Positions 1-13,540 of a stretch of 64,000 nucleotides of DNA are shown here, one piece after another. Within the stretch, counting starts at the first letter, position 1, and each line of letters starts with the position of its first letter. Origin of the DNA: Octopus vulgaris (lineage: Eukaryota). Where the stretch lies: NCBI GenBank assembly GCA_951406725.2, contig OX597819.1:81530001-81594000 (forward strand). The letters are read 5' to 3'. A program made the translations under genes and the position numbers. The notes under the pieces were generated by a model, which worked only from the letters and a program-made list of their open reading frames with translations, did not search any database and was not told the DNA's origin.

Positions 1-802
1 TCCAACATGTTCTGATAAATGAGGCCTAACTGTGTAAAAAAAAAAAAAAATTAATAACTTCCAATATGATAAATGCAAAAGTGTAATGAGTAGTTAAAAA
101 TAGGAACACTCATAACATCAAGTCTATGTACACAGATAAGAAAAATAGAATTAAATGTCCTGCTCAAAAATATAGCAGAAAGGTTTCAGCTAATTTCAAT
201 AAGTTAGTGGCCCAATTTCATTTTTCTGATCATTACAAAACCAAAGTGTAAGTCTCTATTTTTTTTAATGTTTAGAACTTGACACCAACATGGAAAAAAA
301 GGAGAAACACGTCCATTTATTTGTTATCATTTAAGAAGTTTATTGTAAAATGAGATCAATAAAGCAACTGTGTCCTACCCTTAAGTGTGGTTACACCTGT
401 ACCTGTAAATCTATGCAGACAGTAGAGAAAAGAAGTTATGTACTTAAATGTGGATAATGTTTATTATTGTTAACTAGTAAATGAGATTATTTCTTTAAAA
501 GTTTAACACAAGTTTAAATCGCTTAAAGTATTCTCAAAGATATTTCAAGACCCTTTAGTTATTAAAACCAAAAGTTAAAAGTACAAGATGGCCCAATTGC
601 AATCTAATGTTCTTTTACTTTATACAGAACTATAATAGGCACAGGCATGGCTGGCTGGCTGATCAAAAGTTTGCTTCTCAATCTTGTGGTTTCAGTTTAA
701 ATCTCCCTGTATGGCACCTTGGTGAAGGAACTTCTACTGTAAGCACATGTTCAACCAAAACTTTGTGAGTGGATATATTAGGTAGGAACTGAAAGAAGTT
801 CA

Positions 803-870
<68 letters not shown>

Positions 871-2441
871 CTTAAACAGAAGCACAGCAAAGGAATGAAT
901 GCAAAATACAGACACAAGATATGGACATGCTGATCCCTTGATGGCATCAGCAGTGAAAAACTGCTGGAAATAGTGAGTGAACATTGAGGACAGTAACAAA
1001 AATGTTTGTCCACGTGCATGCATTTATGTATGTGTGTTACCATCTTCTTCTTTTGACTTTGCTTGACAGATGTGAGTCACTATCGTACAAGCAGTGTCCT
1101 TTATTTCCAGTCTCCCAAGGAAATATGTCTGGCCATGGAGAAATATTACCTTCCTTGGAAACAAGTGAGGGTTGACAACAGAAAGGGCATCCAGCTCGAC
1201 AAATTCTGCCTGACTTATGCAAGCATTGAAAAGTAGACATTAAAATAATGATGATGACGACGACAAAGATGATGACGATGACGACGATGATGATGAGGAG
1301 GAGGAGGATAATGATGAGGATGATGATGAGGATGAGGATGAGGATGATGATATTACTGTCTTTTATATTGTCTTGGAGACCTCACCAATTGAAATCTTAT
1401 TCATCTGTCTAGAATAATTTTATCTCTTATGTCACTTAAACTTAGATTAATTGTTGTGGTCAAGCTTTACTAAAAGTCATTTTTGTGTAATCTTTTGAAG
1501 ATATCATCTATTGCTAAGTGAAGTCACTTGAAAACATCATTTGGTCATTCTGCATTGTTGATAAATGAGCAAAAAGTGTGACAAAGAGAAAGAAAAGAGA
1601 GAGGGGGGGAAAAGAAAGAGGAGAAGAGAGAGACGGAGAGAGAGAGAGAGAGAGAGATGTTCTGTTTTTATATTATATTTTTCTTTTGCTTTGTCTTGGC
1701 TGGAACACACCCTCGGGTAAAATCTGCTCCATTACAGCTGAACTGCCTTGTTCGCTGACATGAGCATGAAAATAATCTCTTAGTGCACCTCAACTCAAGC
1801 ACCTAATAATATGCTCATATTGCACCAATTCATACAGATAATGGTTTTAATACACATGGAAATAAGAGATATTTTCACACATCATTCATACCATGGATTT
1901 AATGTCATGATTTAATCCTTTATCTTGTGAATGCTTAGGAATCAAATTTGATCAATGCAATAGCAAATTTAGCAGTGAATTGATACTTTATTTGCCATAT
2001 TTTCATCAGAAATAGATAGTTTAATGTTAATTGTTTTTAATAATATACATCATGCAGTGAGACATGCTTGATCTTTTCTCTTTATTTTTCTCTCTCCTCA
2101 CCTATGCTTTCTAGAAGAGTGTAAGCACGAAATGTTTAAGGCTTCTTTCAGTTTTCCTGAGTGGCAACCCAGTACATCCTGTTTGTTTCCTTTTCTTCCT
2201 AGTCTTCATTTTTTTTTTGGTGCCACACATCTTTCTCTCTTTTACTTACTTGTTTCAGTCATTTGACTGCGACCATGTTGGAGCACCGCCTTTAGTTGAG
2301 CAAATCGATCCCAGGACTTATTCTTTGTAAGCCTAGTACTTATTCTATCGGTCTTTTTTGCCGAACCGCTAAGTTACGGGGACATAAACACACTAGCATC
2401 GGTTGTTGGGGGACAAACATAGACACACAAACATATACTCT

Positions 2442-2475
<34 letters not shown>

Positions 2476-3565
2476 CATATATACATATATACGACAGGTT
2501 TCTTTCAGTTTCCATCTACCAAATCAACTCACAAGGATTTGGTCAGCCCGAGGCTATAGTAGAAGACACTTGCCCAAGGTGCCACACAGTGGGACTGAAC
2601 CCAGAACCATGTGGTTGGTAAGCAAGCTACTAACCACACAGCCACTCCTGTGCCTATGGAAATTCATTAACATATCCAATTTAAATATAATTTTTATCCC
2701 CAAATTAACTGCAACAGTTAAATATATATTTTACATGTTATTGTATGTATTATATGATATGCATACACTCATGTAAAACAGACTTAAAACTTTAATTAGC
2801 TAAATAGCTAAATTAGCATATATTAAATTTAATAGCTGTGAGCTTGTGTGTGTGAGAGAGAAATTTTATAAATTTCATAATTTTATATAAATTTTCATAA
2901 ATTTTATATATATATATATATTTACCATTAGCCATATATGGTAAATATATATATTTACTATTATATATATATATATTTACCATTAATATATATACTTCAT
3001 GAATTTGCCAGTGGGCTGCTATTGGCACAGTGGAGTATATTCTCTCAAAACACCAGATACATACATACATACATACATACATACATACATACATACATAC
3101 ATACATACATACATACATACATGCATGGTGTTTTCTTCCATGAATTGGTGGGATTAACAAACGAAAATGTAAAAAGTACTCCATTCATGAAGAGATAAAT
3201 ATCATTTAATATACACAGGGTTTAAGATTGAGGTACTATAAGTTTCATGCTTTGCTTACTATAATACTATTGCAAGCATGAAACTTATAAAAGCACAATT
3301 TCAAATACTGTATGTACATATGTACATGAATACATATGAATACACACACTTATACACATCTATTGAAGCAGAAATGAAAAGGTAAATGGTTTGAAAGACT
3401 TGACAAGGATGGTGTGGCTGTGTGGTAAGAAGCTTGCTTCCTAGCCACATGATTCTGGATTCAGTCCCACTGTGTGGTACCATGGGCAAGTGTCTTCCAC
3501 TATAACCTTGGGCCAACCAACTTGTAAGTTGTAAGTGTATTGGGGAGATGGAAACTGAAAGAAGC

Positions 3566-3627
<62 letters not shown>

Positions 3628-3869
3628 TGTATGTATGTATGTATGTATGTATATGAATGCCACGCATTCTCTTCCAAGTAAGTTTTATCATAATAATTCT
3701 GATGCGCACTCTGTATGATCTTTTTACTCTTTCGTTTTTCTCTCTTTCTCCCTCTTATTCTTTTACCTCCTCTTCTCCCAGTGTTCTATCCTATTACTCA
3801 GTCACTCTCTCCCCTCACTCCTCCTTCCTTGCTCACATGGCTCCCACGTGACCATCTCTTTACTCTCTT

Positions 3870-4230
3870 TTACTCTTTTACTTGTTTCAGTCATTTGACT
3901 GCGGCCATGCTGGGGCACCACCTTTTAGTACTTATTCTATCGGTCTCTTTTTGCCGAACCGCTAAGTTACGGGGACGTAAACACACCAGCATCGGTTGTC
4001 AAGCAATGCTAGGGGGACAAACACAGACACACAAACACACACACATATACATATATATACATATATACGACAGGCTTCTTTCAGTTTCCGTCTACCAAAT
4101 CCACTCACAAGGCATTGGTCAGCCCGGGGCTATAGCAGAAGACACTTGCCCAAGATGCCACGCAGTGGGACTGAACCCGCAACCGTGTGGTTGGTTAGCA
4201 AGCTACTTACCACACAGCCACTCCTGCGCC
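3870..4230 (-). mobile_element. tRNA-derived SINE family A (representative young copy)
   Basis: The minus-strand head GGCGCAGGAGTGGCTGTGTGGTAAG...GGTTCAGTCCC has A/B-box-like motifs, followed by an internal microsatellite and a tail ATGACTGAAACAAGTAAAAGAG. Other copies: 2240-2655, 15428-16025, 16745-17135, 25340-25790, 37300-37675, 39468-39930, 44178-44625, 48930-49320, 52470-52870, 54182-54506. Confidence 0.9.
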
Positions 4231-4465
4231 TATTATAATATTATCGGTCATTTTTCTTTCTTCTCTTGACTTGTGTTTCTTTCTTTCTCTCCATTGTAGC
4301 TAGAACAAGGAAGACATTTTCTTGTCTGTCTCCTGTCCAAGCTTGATTTATGTGTTCGCTACCACAACCTCGTTTAGGCTTAGCAGCTCTTTCTGTTTGT
4401 TTTCACTGATCTGCTTGTATTACCAATTTTGACCCTCCACAAAATCCAAAATTTTATTCAATTTG

Positions 4466-5190
4466 CTATGTAAAGTCCTTTCTTTTTTATTTCAGATTCT
4501 TCAGTTTTTGAGTGAACCATGCTAATAGCTTTTGAATGAAAATAGCCCACCTAGACTTTGTTTTCAGAAAATGAAGGATAATGATATACATTGAGTATAT
4601 ATTTAACAGAAAACCATAATAATATTATAACATTTATTAACATAATGGATTATTTAGCCACATGTGCTTCATTTCGACAGATAACTTCAAAAACCCTATT
4701 ATAACCCAACTGTTATATCAGAAGCATATATTGTTGTTAAATGGTTGAATTACGAGAGTAGAAAAACAGCCAACACCTGATGAAGGGTCGTTCTTTATGT
4801 TGTTTGCCTTGTTTTCCATTTGTGTCTTTCATTGTCCAAAAAATTAGTTCATATTCCATGTACTTGCACTTCATATTTTTTGTTGTTGTATATGTTTCAT
4901 GACATCCTGTGCCCACATATGCATATATATATACATACGTATAGATTCCATGACTAATAGGGTTTTTGAAGTTATCTGTCGAAATGAAGCACATGTGGCT
5001 AAATAATCCATTATGTTAATAAATGTTATAATATTATTATGGTTTTCTGTTAAATATATACTCAATGTATATCATTATCCTTCATTTTCTGAAAACAAAA
5101 TCTAGGTGGGCTATTTTCATTCAAAAGCTATTAGCGTGGTTCACTCAAAAACTGAAGAATCTGAAATAAAAAAGAAAGGACTTTACATAG
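4466..5190. repeat. Inverted duplication, 236-bp arms (4466-4701 / 4955-5190)
   Basis: The arms are reverse complements with about 2 mismatches seen. The spacer is 253 bp. Confidence 0.95.
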
Positions 5191-5324
5191 AATAACAGAA
5201 ACATAACAATGGTGTTGCCATAGTGTGCAAACCAGCCGGAAAAAGTTTTATCAAAATCAATTACCAGAAAACCAAGAAATCCTGAATTTCCCTCTAAACC
5301 TATTAGTGTGGTTCTGGGTACCTA

Positions 5325-5873
5325 TGTTAAATTTTTAATTAGTCTGAATTTTTGAAATGAGGAACTATAATAATTAAGTACTAGTATATATATAGGTGCA
5401 GGTGTGACAGTATGGTTGGACGTTTGCTTCCCAACCACATGGTTTCAGGTTAGGTCCCTGGGTAAGTGGCTTCTACTATAACCCAGAGTCGTTCAAAGTC
5501 TTGTGAGTGGATACAGTAGACAGAAACTGGAAAGCGGACGCTAAATGATGATGATGATGATGATGATGATGATATATATATACATATAATTATTCCTCGA
5601 ATGTCATGGGTGCTACGTTCCAAAACCCCCTACGATAGGTAAAAATCCACGAAGTAGAAACAGTACTGTATTGTATATTTTTCATTATTTTTATAATTTG
5701 TATATATTTATTTTATTATAAATGTAAAACAACATCACAGAGGAATCGACATAAGCTTAAATAATAAACCGTGATAGGTGAACCATGATAGGTGAACTGC
5801 AATAGGAGAATCACGATATGGCAAGGGATTACTTTGTATATATATATATATATGTATATACCTATATGTGTGG

Positions 5874-5907
<34 letters not shown>

Positions 5908-7364
5908 GTATACAGAGAGAGAGAGAGAGAGAAAGACTATATATCATATTGAAGTTTAATAATTCTGCTAGGATTTCTTGATATGAACAAATGTCAACAT
6001 TTCATTTCTCGTTAATTTCTGTTCTGTTTACTATGTTGTGACACTTATATAGCAAAATGTTTAAAAAAAGTTAACAGAAAGTAAGTCAGTATTAGAGTAA
6101 CACATGCCTCCCACAGATATCTTACAACCATCTGGCAGGTTTTAGAAAGAATCCAAATGGATCTTGCAAAAATAAAAAGCAAAAAAATGTAAGAAAAAGG
6201 AAAAATTGTTGATCTCTTTGCTGACCTCTCTTCTTCATTGTTCCACAGTTCACTGACAACAACGTAACAGAGTAGTGATAAGATAGAGGTTTTCTGTAAG
6301 AATTATTGATCATTTTCACCAACAGCTGGTTTGGGGTTGCTTTGGAAATCTGTGTAACATTCAAAGTTTTAAGTGTTCATACAAACATATATACATCAAT
6401 TCATACATACGAAATATATATACGTACTAGCATACATATATACTTACATACATAAAATACACACACACACGCATAAACCAGCATTGAACATGGATGTTAA
6501 ATGATGATGATGATGATGATGGTGATGATAATGATATATTTATGTGTATACACATGTGTATGCGTGAATGCGTGTGTGCCAGGAGTATGTAAATATGCAT
6601 GTGTATTTCTTTATCTGAGTGTGCATGTGTGTGTGTGTGTGTGTATGAGCATGAGTATGAGTTTCTGTACTAATGTTGAACTGCTATATATTTTCCCAAT
6701 GTGTGTTCAAAATATGAAACTGAAGTCAAGTAAGAATAAAAGAGTTTTCTTTTTTTATTTATTTTTGATTAGGCATAAAAACATATTTTGCATTGGAATT
6801 AGGTAAGGTTAAGCAACGGCATTGACCCTAATATGTTGCTGATACTTATTTTGCTAACCTTGAAGTGATAAGAAGAAACACAAAATCAACAATTTATATA
6901 TATTATATATATATATATATATGTTTTAGACATCTAGTCAAGGTAAAATGAAAAGTGCTCTACTTGTCACTATCTTTTTTTAAATATTTCTTTTCAGGAA
7001 TTTTGGGACTGGTGGGAGAAAGGGTAGAATTTTCCTGAAACCAGACACCTGGCCTAAATGCTTTCAACACAGTGAACTCTGCTTAAAGCAACCAAAAGGC
7101 CAGGTGATGATATCAGCAGGAATTGATCTGAGTATATGAAGGGATAAAAACCTAAATACTGTTAAATTTTTAATTAGTCTGAATTTTTGAAATGAGGACT
7201 TATAATAATTAAGTACTAGTATATATATAGGTGCAGGTGTAACAGTATGGTAGGACATTTGCTTCCCAACCACATGGTTTCAGGTTAGGTCCCTGGGTAA
7301 GTGGCTTCTACTATAACCCAGAGTTGTTCAAAGTCTTGTGAGTGGATACAGTAGACAGAAACTG
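5325..7364 (+). repeat. Direct duplication, ~205 bp (5325-5529 and 7160-7364)
   Basis: TGTTAAATTTTTAATTAGTCTGAATTTTTGAAATGAGG...GATACAGTAGACAGAAACTG is shared, including non-SINE flank and the same SINE-internal deletion. Confidence 0.9.
5590..5838. mobile_element. Older copy of the same Tigger-like MITE
   Basis: Shares TACGTTCCAAAACC, TCCACGAAGTAGAAACAGTACTGTA and AATAAACCGTGATAGGTGAACC with 53937-54152. Confidence 0.8.
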
Positions 7365-7384
7365 AAAGAAGCCATTCATATATA

Positions 7385-7443
7385 CACAGATTGGGCCAAA
7401 AGTCAGGAATGAAAAGATTTGACATTCTATTTATATTACATCA

Positions 7444-7489
<46 letters not shown>

Positions 7490-7632
7490 TTTTTTCATCA
7501 TGTACAAGTACATGTGCATTCATCATTATTTTATTTCTTTCGTTCAATTTTTAAAAATTGAAGCATGTTTTTGGCAATTCCAGAGTGAATTGAACTTACT
7601 ATGTATGTGACTTTTACTTTTGGCCACTCCTG
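7385..7632. mobile_element. Tc1/mariner-like MITE remnant
   Basis: Degenerate inverted ends GGGCCAAAAGT / ACTTTTGGCC. A related end is at 8652 (CAGGGTGGGCCAAAAGT). Confidence 0.5.
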
Positions 7633-7992
7633 CATTTATCATTCTCTAAGTCTCTCCATCTCTCCTTTCTTATCCTTGTATCACTTCTACAGCATTCTCT
7701 ATTTCTCCATTATTCTTTTAACCTCTCGTCAACGGACACACAGCCATGTCCTTCAATACTACTCCTTCTTCCAGCTGAGGGGATCTTTGTCTTGCAAGTT
7801 ACTTGGTGACTCTGCTGATGCTGGAGCTACACAAAAAGTACTCAGTAAACTTTATAAAGTGGTCAGTGTTAAGAAGGGTATCCAGCCACAGAAACCATGC
7901 CAAAGCAGACAATAGTTTGACATAGACGTTTCATTTACCAGCTTTTGTCAAACCATCTAACCCATGCCAGCATGGAAAATGAACCTTAAATT

Positions 7993-8028
<36 letters not shown>

Positions 8029-8781
8029 TTGATGATGATGATGATGTTGATGATGATGATGATGTGTGTATGTGTGTGTGTGTGTGTGTGTGTGCATGTG
8101 CATGCATACTTATGTGTGTTACTGCCTTGGCATTGCATGATGGTTGTAAACAAGTGTCACTATCATACCAGTAGTCTCCTTCATTGCTAATTTCCATGTA
8201 AACATACCTGATCATGGGGAAATATTAACTTTCTTAAAATCAAGTGGTAGTTAGCAATAGGAAGGGCATCCAGCCATAGAAAATCAGTCCCAACAAATGC
8301 CATATAGCCTATAGTAGCATGAAAGAGTCAATGTTAAAATAATGATGTGCATGATATTCAGTCTAAAGTCCTCATTTTGGTCGTTATTGGTACAATATTC
8401 CAGCAACTGTACACCCAGCCTTCTTTAGGTATCTATTGTATTTAGTACCATCCTCAGAATTCTGAACCAATCTCTATATTAGATCTAAGGATTAAAAATG
8501 ATTTACAACTGTGGGTTTAATAAAAGATTTGGTTTGAAATCATAAAAATGTTACCAAATACAACAGGCACCCTTAAAAAAAAACCTAATGGGTGGAATTG
8601 TCAAAATGTTTTGATTCTAACTACCAAGAAGAGGACACTAGTCTAGATATACAGGGTGGGCCAAAAGTGATATACCAGCAAGTTCAATATGCTTTGGAAA
8701 TGCTTCAGTTTTTCTAAAATTAAATAAAATAGATAAAATAATAAATACACCTGTACTTGTACATGATAAGCAAAATGGATG

Positions 8782-8891
<110 letters not shown>

Positions 8892-10805
8892 TTCAAATTT
8901 TGGCACAGGGCCAGCAATTTTAGTGGATGGGTAAATCAATTACATCAACTCCAGTATTCAACTGGTACTCGTTTTATTGACCCTGGAGAGATGAAAGGCA
9001 AATTCAACCTCGGCAGAATTTGAACATAGAACATGAAGTTGGACGAAATCTACCTCAACAAATTCCATCCAATCTATTCCAAAACAATGAAGATGTTATT
9101 TATTATGTATTATTGTTACCATGTCATTTCACAAGTAATTAATTATGTAACTAAGTTTGCTCTTGCAGAACATGATCAACTTCCTCTAGTGTATGACATG
9201 TGGACTAGAACTGTATTTTGTACTTAACATCAAAATATCAATTTCTTTTCATTTCAATTGTACGAAATATATAATATGACATGAAATTATTTAATTAATC
9301 AGTTAAGCCATACTTAGATAGTAATTTCCTGTAAATACTATAGGCATTTATTGCTAAGTAACTTACTGTATTTAGTCAAATTCAAAGCAGTCTCAAATAT
9401 GATGTGAATCCAATTTTTTTATACCTAAAAATCAGTTATTTATTTTAGCTCTCTTTTTTTGTACTTGACAATAATCTTCTTCTTAAGCTCTTCACTCCCT
9501 AGGGAGCATAGGACATTAACGACTTTCCTTTATAGTCCTCAATTCTGGGACATCTTTTCTCCTGTCCCAGCTCTTGTTGGTTTTGAATTGTCATCAATGC
9601 TTCTGTAACTTATTTTCTTTTTCTTTTCTTTTTTGGTTGGGGTGTTGGCTCTATATAAACCCATTTTTACACTGGGGAGAGATGGTCCAAGTTAGTTTGG
9701 TATGTATTCTTTCACCAGTCCAGCAATGGCAACCCTACCAGAAGCTTGTGCTCTGCTGGCATAGCTCTCAGAGTCAGAGTCATTGAGGTACACAAGCCAT
9801 CATACTGTGACAAGGTCTGAATGTTGTGATTTTTAAGGAATATTATAATATTCCTTAAAAATTTTAACCTGATGGTTGAAATGAAATTCTTGGTATCAAA
9901 ACATTGAAGTCTATACCCACTCAGCTATTGTTGATACTCATTTTTAACTGAGTGGACTGAAGCAATTTATAATGAAGTGTCTTGCTCAGCGAGGACACCA
10001 CACATCACTCATTCCAAGAATCAACACTGTGGCTTAATAATTGTGAGCCCAATGCTTAAACTATTAAAATGCACACACCTTCCCAAATTATGTCATACAT
10101 GACTTCAGAAATCATAATGCCACACATTTTCATACATCCCACACTATACATGTGTAAAAGCAAATATGCATATTGAGTTATTAGGCACAGGTATAGCAGT
10201 GTGGTTAAGAAGCTTGCTTCTCAACCATATTATCTCAGGTCCAGCCCCACTACATGGCACCTTCTGTGAATGTCTTCTATTATTCCCTGGGCTGACCAAA
10301 GCTTTGTGAGTGGATTAGGTAGACAGAAACTGAAAGATACCTTGTGTGTGTGTGTGTGTGTGTGTGTTGTGTGTGTGTACAATTGTGTGTACCACTGTCT
10401 TGATATCATGTGATGATTATAACTGAACCCCACCATTCTACAAGCAATGCTGATGGTTTCCAGTCTTCCATGTAAAACATGTCTGGTAATGGGGAAATAC
10501 TATCTTAATTGGAGACAGGAAGGATATCTGACTTCAGAAAACCAGCCTTAAAAAATTCCATCTGATTTATGCAAGCCTGGAAAAGTAGATGAAGATGATA
10601 ATGTGTTACTGATTTGGTTTTGAGGCTTAACTCATTTCCATGAGTTTTAAATGACTTTGTCAACAGGTAGTTTCTTATATAATGTGAGCAAGAATTTGTC
10701 CACTCTTGCCTTGTTCAGTTTCTTAACTAACCAGAAATAATAGGTAAATATCTCTCAAATTATCACTAATGTTTTTTTAAAATGTGATAAACAAATTAAA
10801 AAACA

Positions 10806-12011
10806 TAGTAGAAAACACTTGGCCAAAGGTCAATGCAGTGGGATTGAACCCGTAACCATATGGTTGGGAAACAAACTTCTTAACTGCACAGCCATACCAA
10901 ATGAAAATAAAAATACTGAAAAAGATAACAATACTTTAGCTTCAATAGGCTTGTAATGAGGGAAAAGAGCATGTAAATGGTTAAGTTGAGAGTATACTTG
11001 ATAAACAGGCACAAGAGTCTGGTGGTTTGCAGTTCAAGTTTACAGTACAAGTAACATTTATAGTGTGGCATTGTTTGTTGTGCAACCACTCTTTAAAGTA
11101 TTGCCATTACTGATATGGTTTATCAATATTGTTTATCATGCAACCAGTGTTTATAATGAGGCTACTGTCTTTTAGTGCAGTCACTATTCATTGCAGTGTC
11201 ACTGTTTACAGCAAGGCCACCATTTAGAATTATGTTACTGTTTATATTGAAGCTGCAGTTTATTGCACATCTTCTGTTTATAGTGTAGACACTGTCTAGA
11301 ATGTATTCCCTGTTGCTTATTGTACAGCTCCTGTTTATTGTGCATGCAGTTTCTGTTTATTGTATAATGCAGTCACTGTTTGCTGCACAGCCAGTATTTA
11401 TAATACATCCACTATTTATAGTGCAGCCACTGGTTCTGATGCAGCCAATTTTTATAGTGCAGTCACAGTTTAGTTTATTGTGCAAGCACTATTTACAGAG
11501 CAGTCTTGTTTACAGTACAGTCACTGTTTATAGAGCAACCATTGTTTACAGTGGACATTGTTTACAGTGCAGCTCCCATTTCTGTTACTGCTTACAATGC
11601 AGGCAGAGCAGCAATTGTTTACAAAGAAGTAACTGTTTACAGTGCTGCCAATGTTTAGAAAGTTGACATTGTCTACAGTGATAAATTATACTCTTCACAA
11701 TGGCCACTTGAAAGCTAGGTAGAACCAGCAATTGAGAGTTAAGTGTCTTGTCTGTAGAACATAACAGATTACTTGGAGATAAAATGCAAACCACCAGACT
11801 CTTGTGCCTGCTTATCAAGTACTCTTTCAACTTAACCCTTTACATACTCTTTTACTTCATTACAAGCCTATTGAAGCTAAAATATTGTTATCTTTTTCAG
11901 TATTCTTATTTTCATTTGGCATGGCTGTGCAGTTAAGAAGTTTCTTTCCCAACCATATGGTTATGGGTTCAGTCCCACTGCATTTGACCTTTGGGTAAGT
12001 GTTTTCTACTA
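10806..12011. repeat. Older inverted duplication, ~225-bp arms (10806-11031 / 11785-12011)
   Basis: Reverse-complement match with scattered substitutions. Mirror ORFs 10830..11012- and 11804..11998+. Confidence 0.9.
11035..11680. repeat. Degenerate ~20-bp minisatellite (consensus ~TGTTTATAGTGCAGCCACT)
   Basis: Recurrent TGTTTA(T/C)AGTGCAG-like units at roughly 20-bp spacing. Confidence 0.8.
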
Positions 12012-12474
12012 CAGCCTTTGGTCAACCAAAGCTTTGGTGATTCAAAATTAGAAGAAGCCAGTTTGTGTGTTTTTGTGTGTGTGTGTGTGTGTGTGTGTGC
12101 GTAGTGAAACATGTAGCTTAGTGGTTACAGCATTTGGCTTGTGATCATAAGGTCATGAGTTTGATTCCTGGTGGTGTGTTGTGTCCTTGAGCAAGACACT
12201 TTATTTCATGTTGCTCTGGTACACTCAGCTGGCAAAAGTGAGTAGTACCTGTATTTCAAACGGCCAGCCTTGTTAAATTCTGTGTCATGCTGAATCTCCC
12301 TGAGAACTACATTAAGGGTACTTGTGTCTGTGGAGTACTCAGCCACTTGCACATTAATTTCATGAGCAGGCTGTTCTGTTGATCAGATCAATTAGAGCCC
12401 CTCTCGTCATCATAACTGATAGAGTACCAGTATGTGTGTGTATGTGTGTGTGCGTGTGTATATGTGTGTGTGTA

Positions 12475-12521
<47 letters not shown>

Positions 12522-13540
12522 TGTTTGTACCCCACCACTGTTTGACAACCAGTGTTGGTTTGACTATGTCATCATAACTTAGCAGTTCAGCAAAAGAAAC
12601 CAATAGACTAAGTACCAAACTTGAAACAAATAAGTACTGGGGTCAATTTATTTGATTCACCTTTCAAAGGTAGTGCTCCAGCAAGGCCAAGCAATGACTT
12701 AAACAAGTAAAGGATAGAAGATAAAGACACTCAATGAATTCCAAGTTACTGTCTCATCTATACCACACTGTTCTCATTGTTGTCACAGTAACTTCTTACT
12801 TTGACGAAAACATATCTTTGTAGCATAAATAAATAGTACTTGTTTGTTCATTTTCTTCTTTATTTCTACTTTTGTATGTTTTCAAATCAGTGTCCTTCCA
12901 GTTAATTTTTTACCCATTTCTTTTTATTTTTTATAACCATTTCTGACCACTTATCCTTGGCACATAATTAGCTATTTCACTAATTAGATTAGCCACAAAC
13001 ACATGCTCCATCATACTTCTTTCACCACACAATGTTATCCATCATTTTATATCATACTGTTGTTAACTTTGCTAGGTGATAATTCTCAACCATTTAGCAT
13101 TCCCTTTCTTTTATTCTAATGTTGTCCTACACATACATTTCTTCCATTCTATTTCTTTAGCCATTTTCTTTCATTTCCTTTCGCACTTCTCACTTCACTT
13201 GCTACTCTGAAATCTGCTGATTGTTTTTGGATGTGTTTTCTCTCTTTTCCTTTTCCTTTCTGTCTTTTTTTTCCGTTTTTGTCTTTTGTTTCTTTTTTAC
13301 TGTCTTTTGTTTTGGGTTTTTTTTTTTTGAGAAATTTCCAAACTTTTTCTGTAAAATGTGTCCACAGCTATTTTTTGCAAATAATTCAGAAACTATTTTA
13401 GTTTACATCAAATCAATCCATTATTCAACACTTCATTACTCGGTATAGTAAAGTAGTGAGTTGACAGAAAAAATAAAAAGAGTGTGCCTTGTAATATTTA
13501 CTTCTCTTTCTTTAAGCTCTGAGTTCAAATCAAGTAGAAG

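Noticed and set aside
637-720. SINE heads as tRNA genes
   Set aside because: They have A/B-box-like motifs only, no full cloverleaf, and continue into SINE bodies.
4740-4920. CTGATGA at ~4777 as a hammerhead core
   Set aside because: No correctly placed GAAA or stems. The homolog at ~53255 has CTTATGA.
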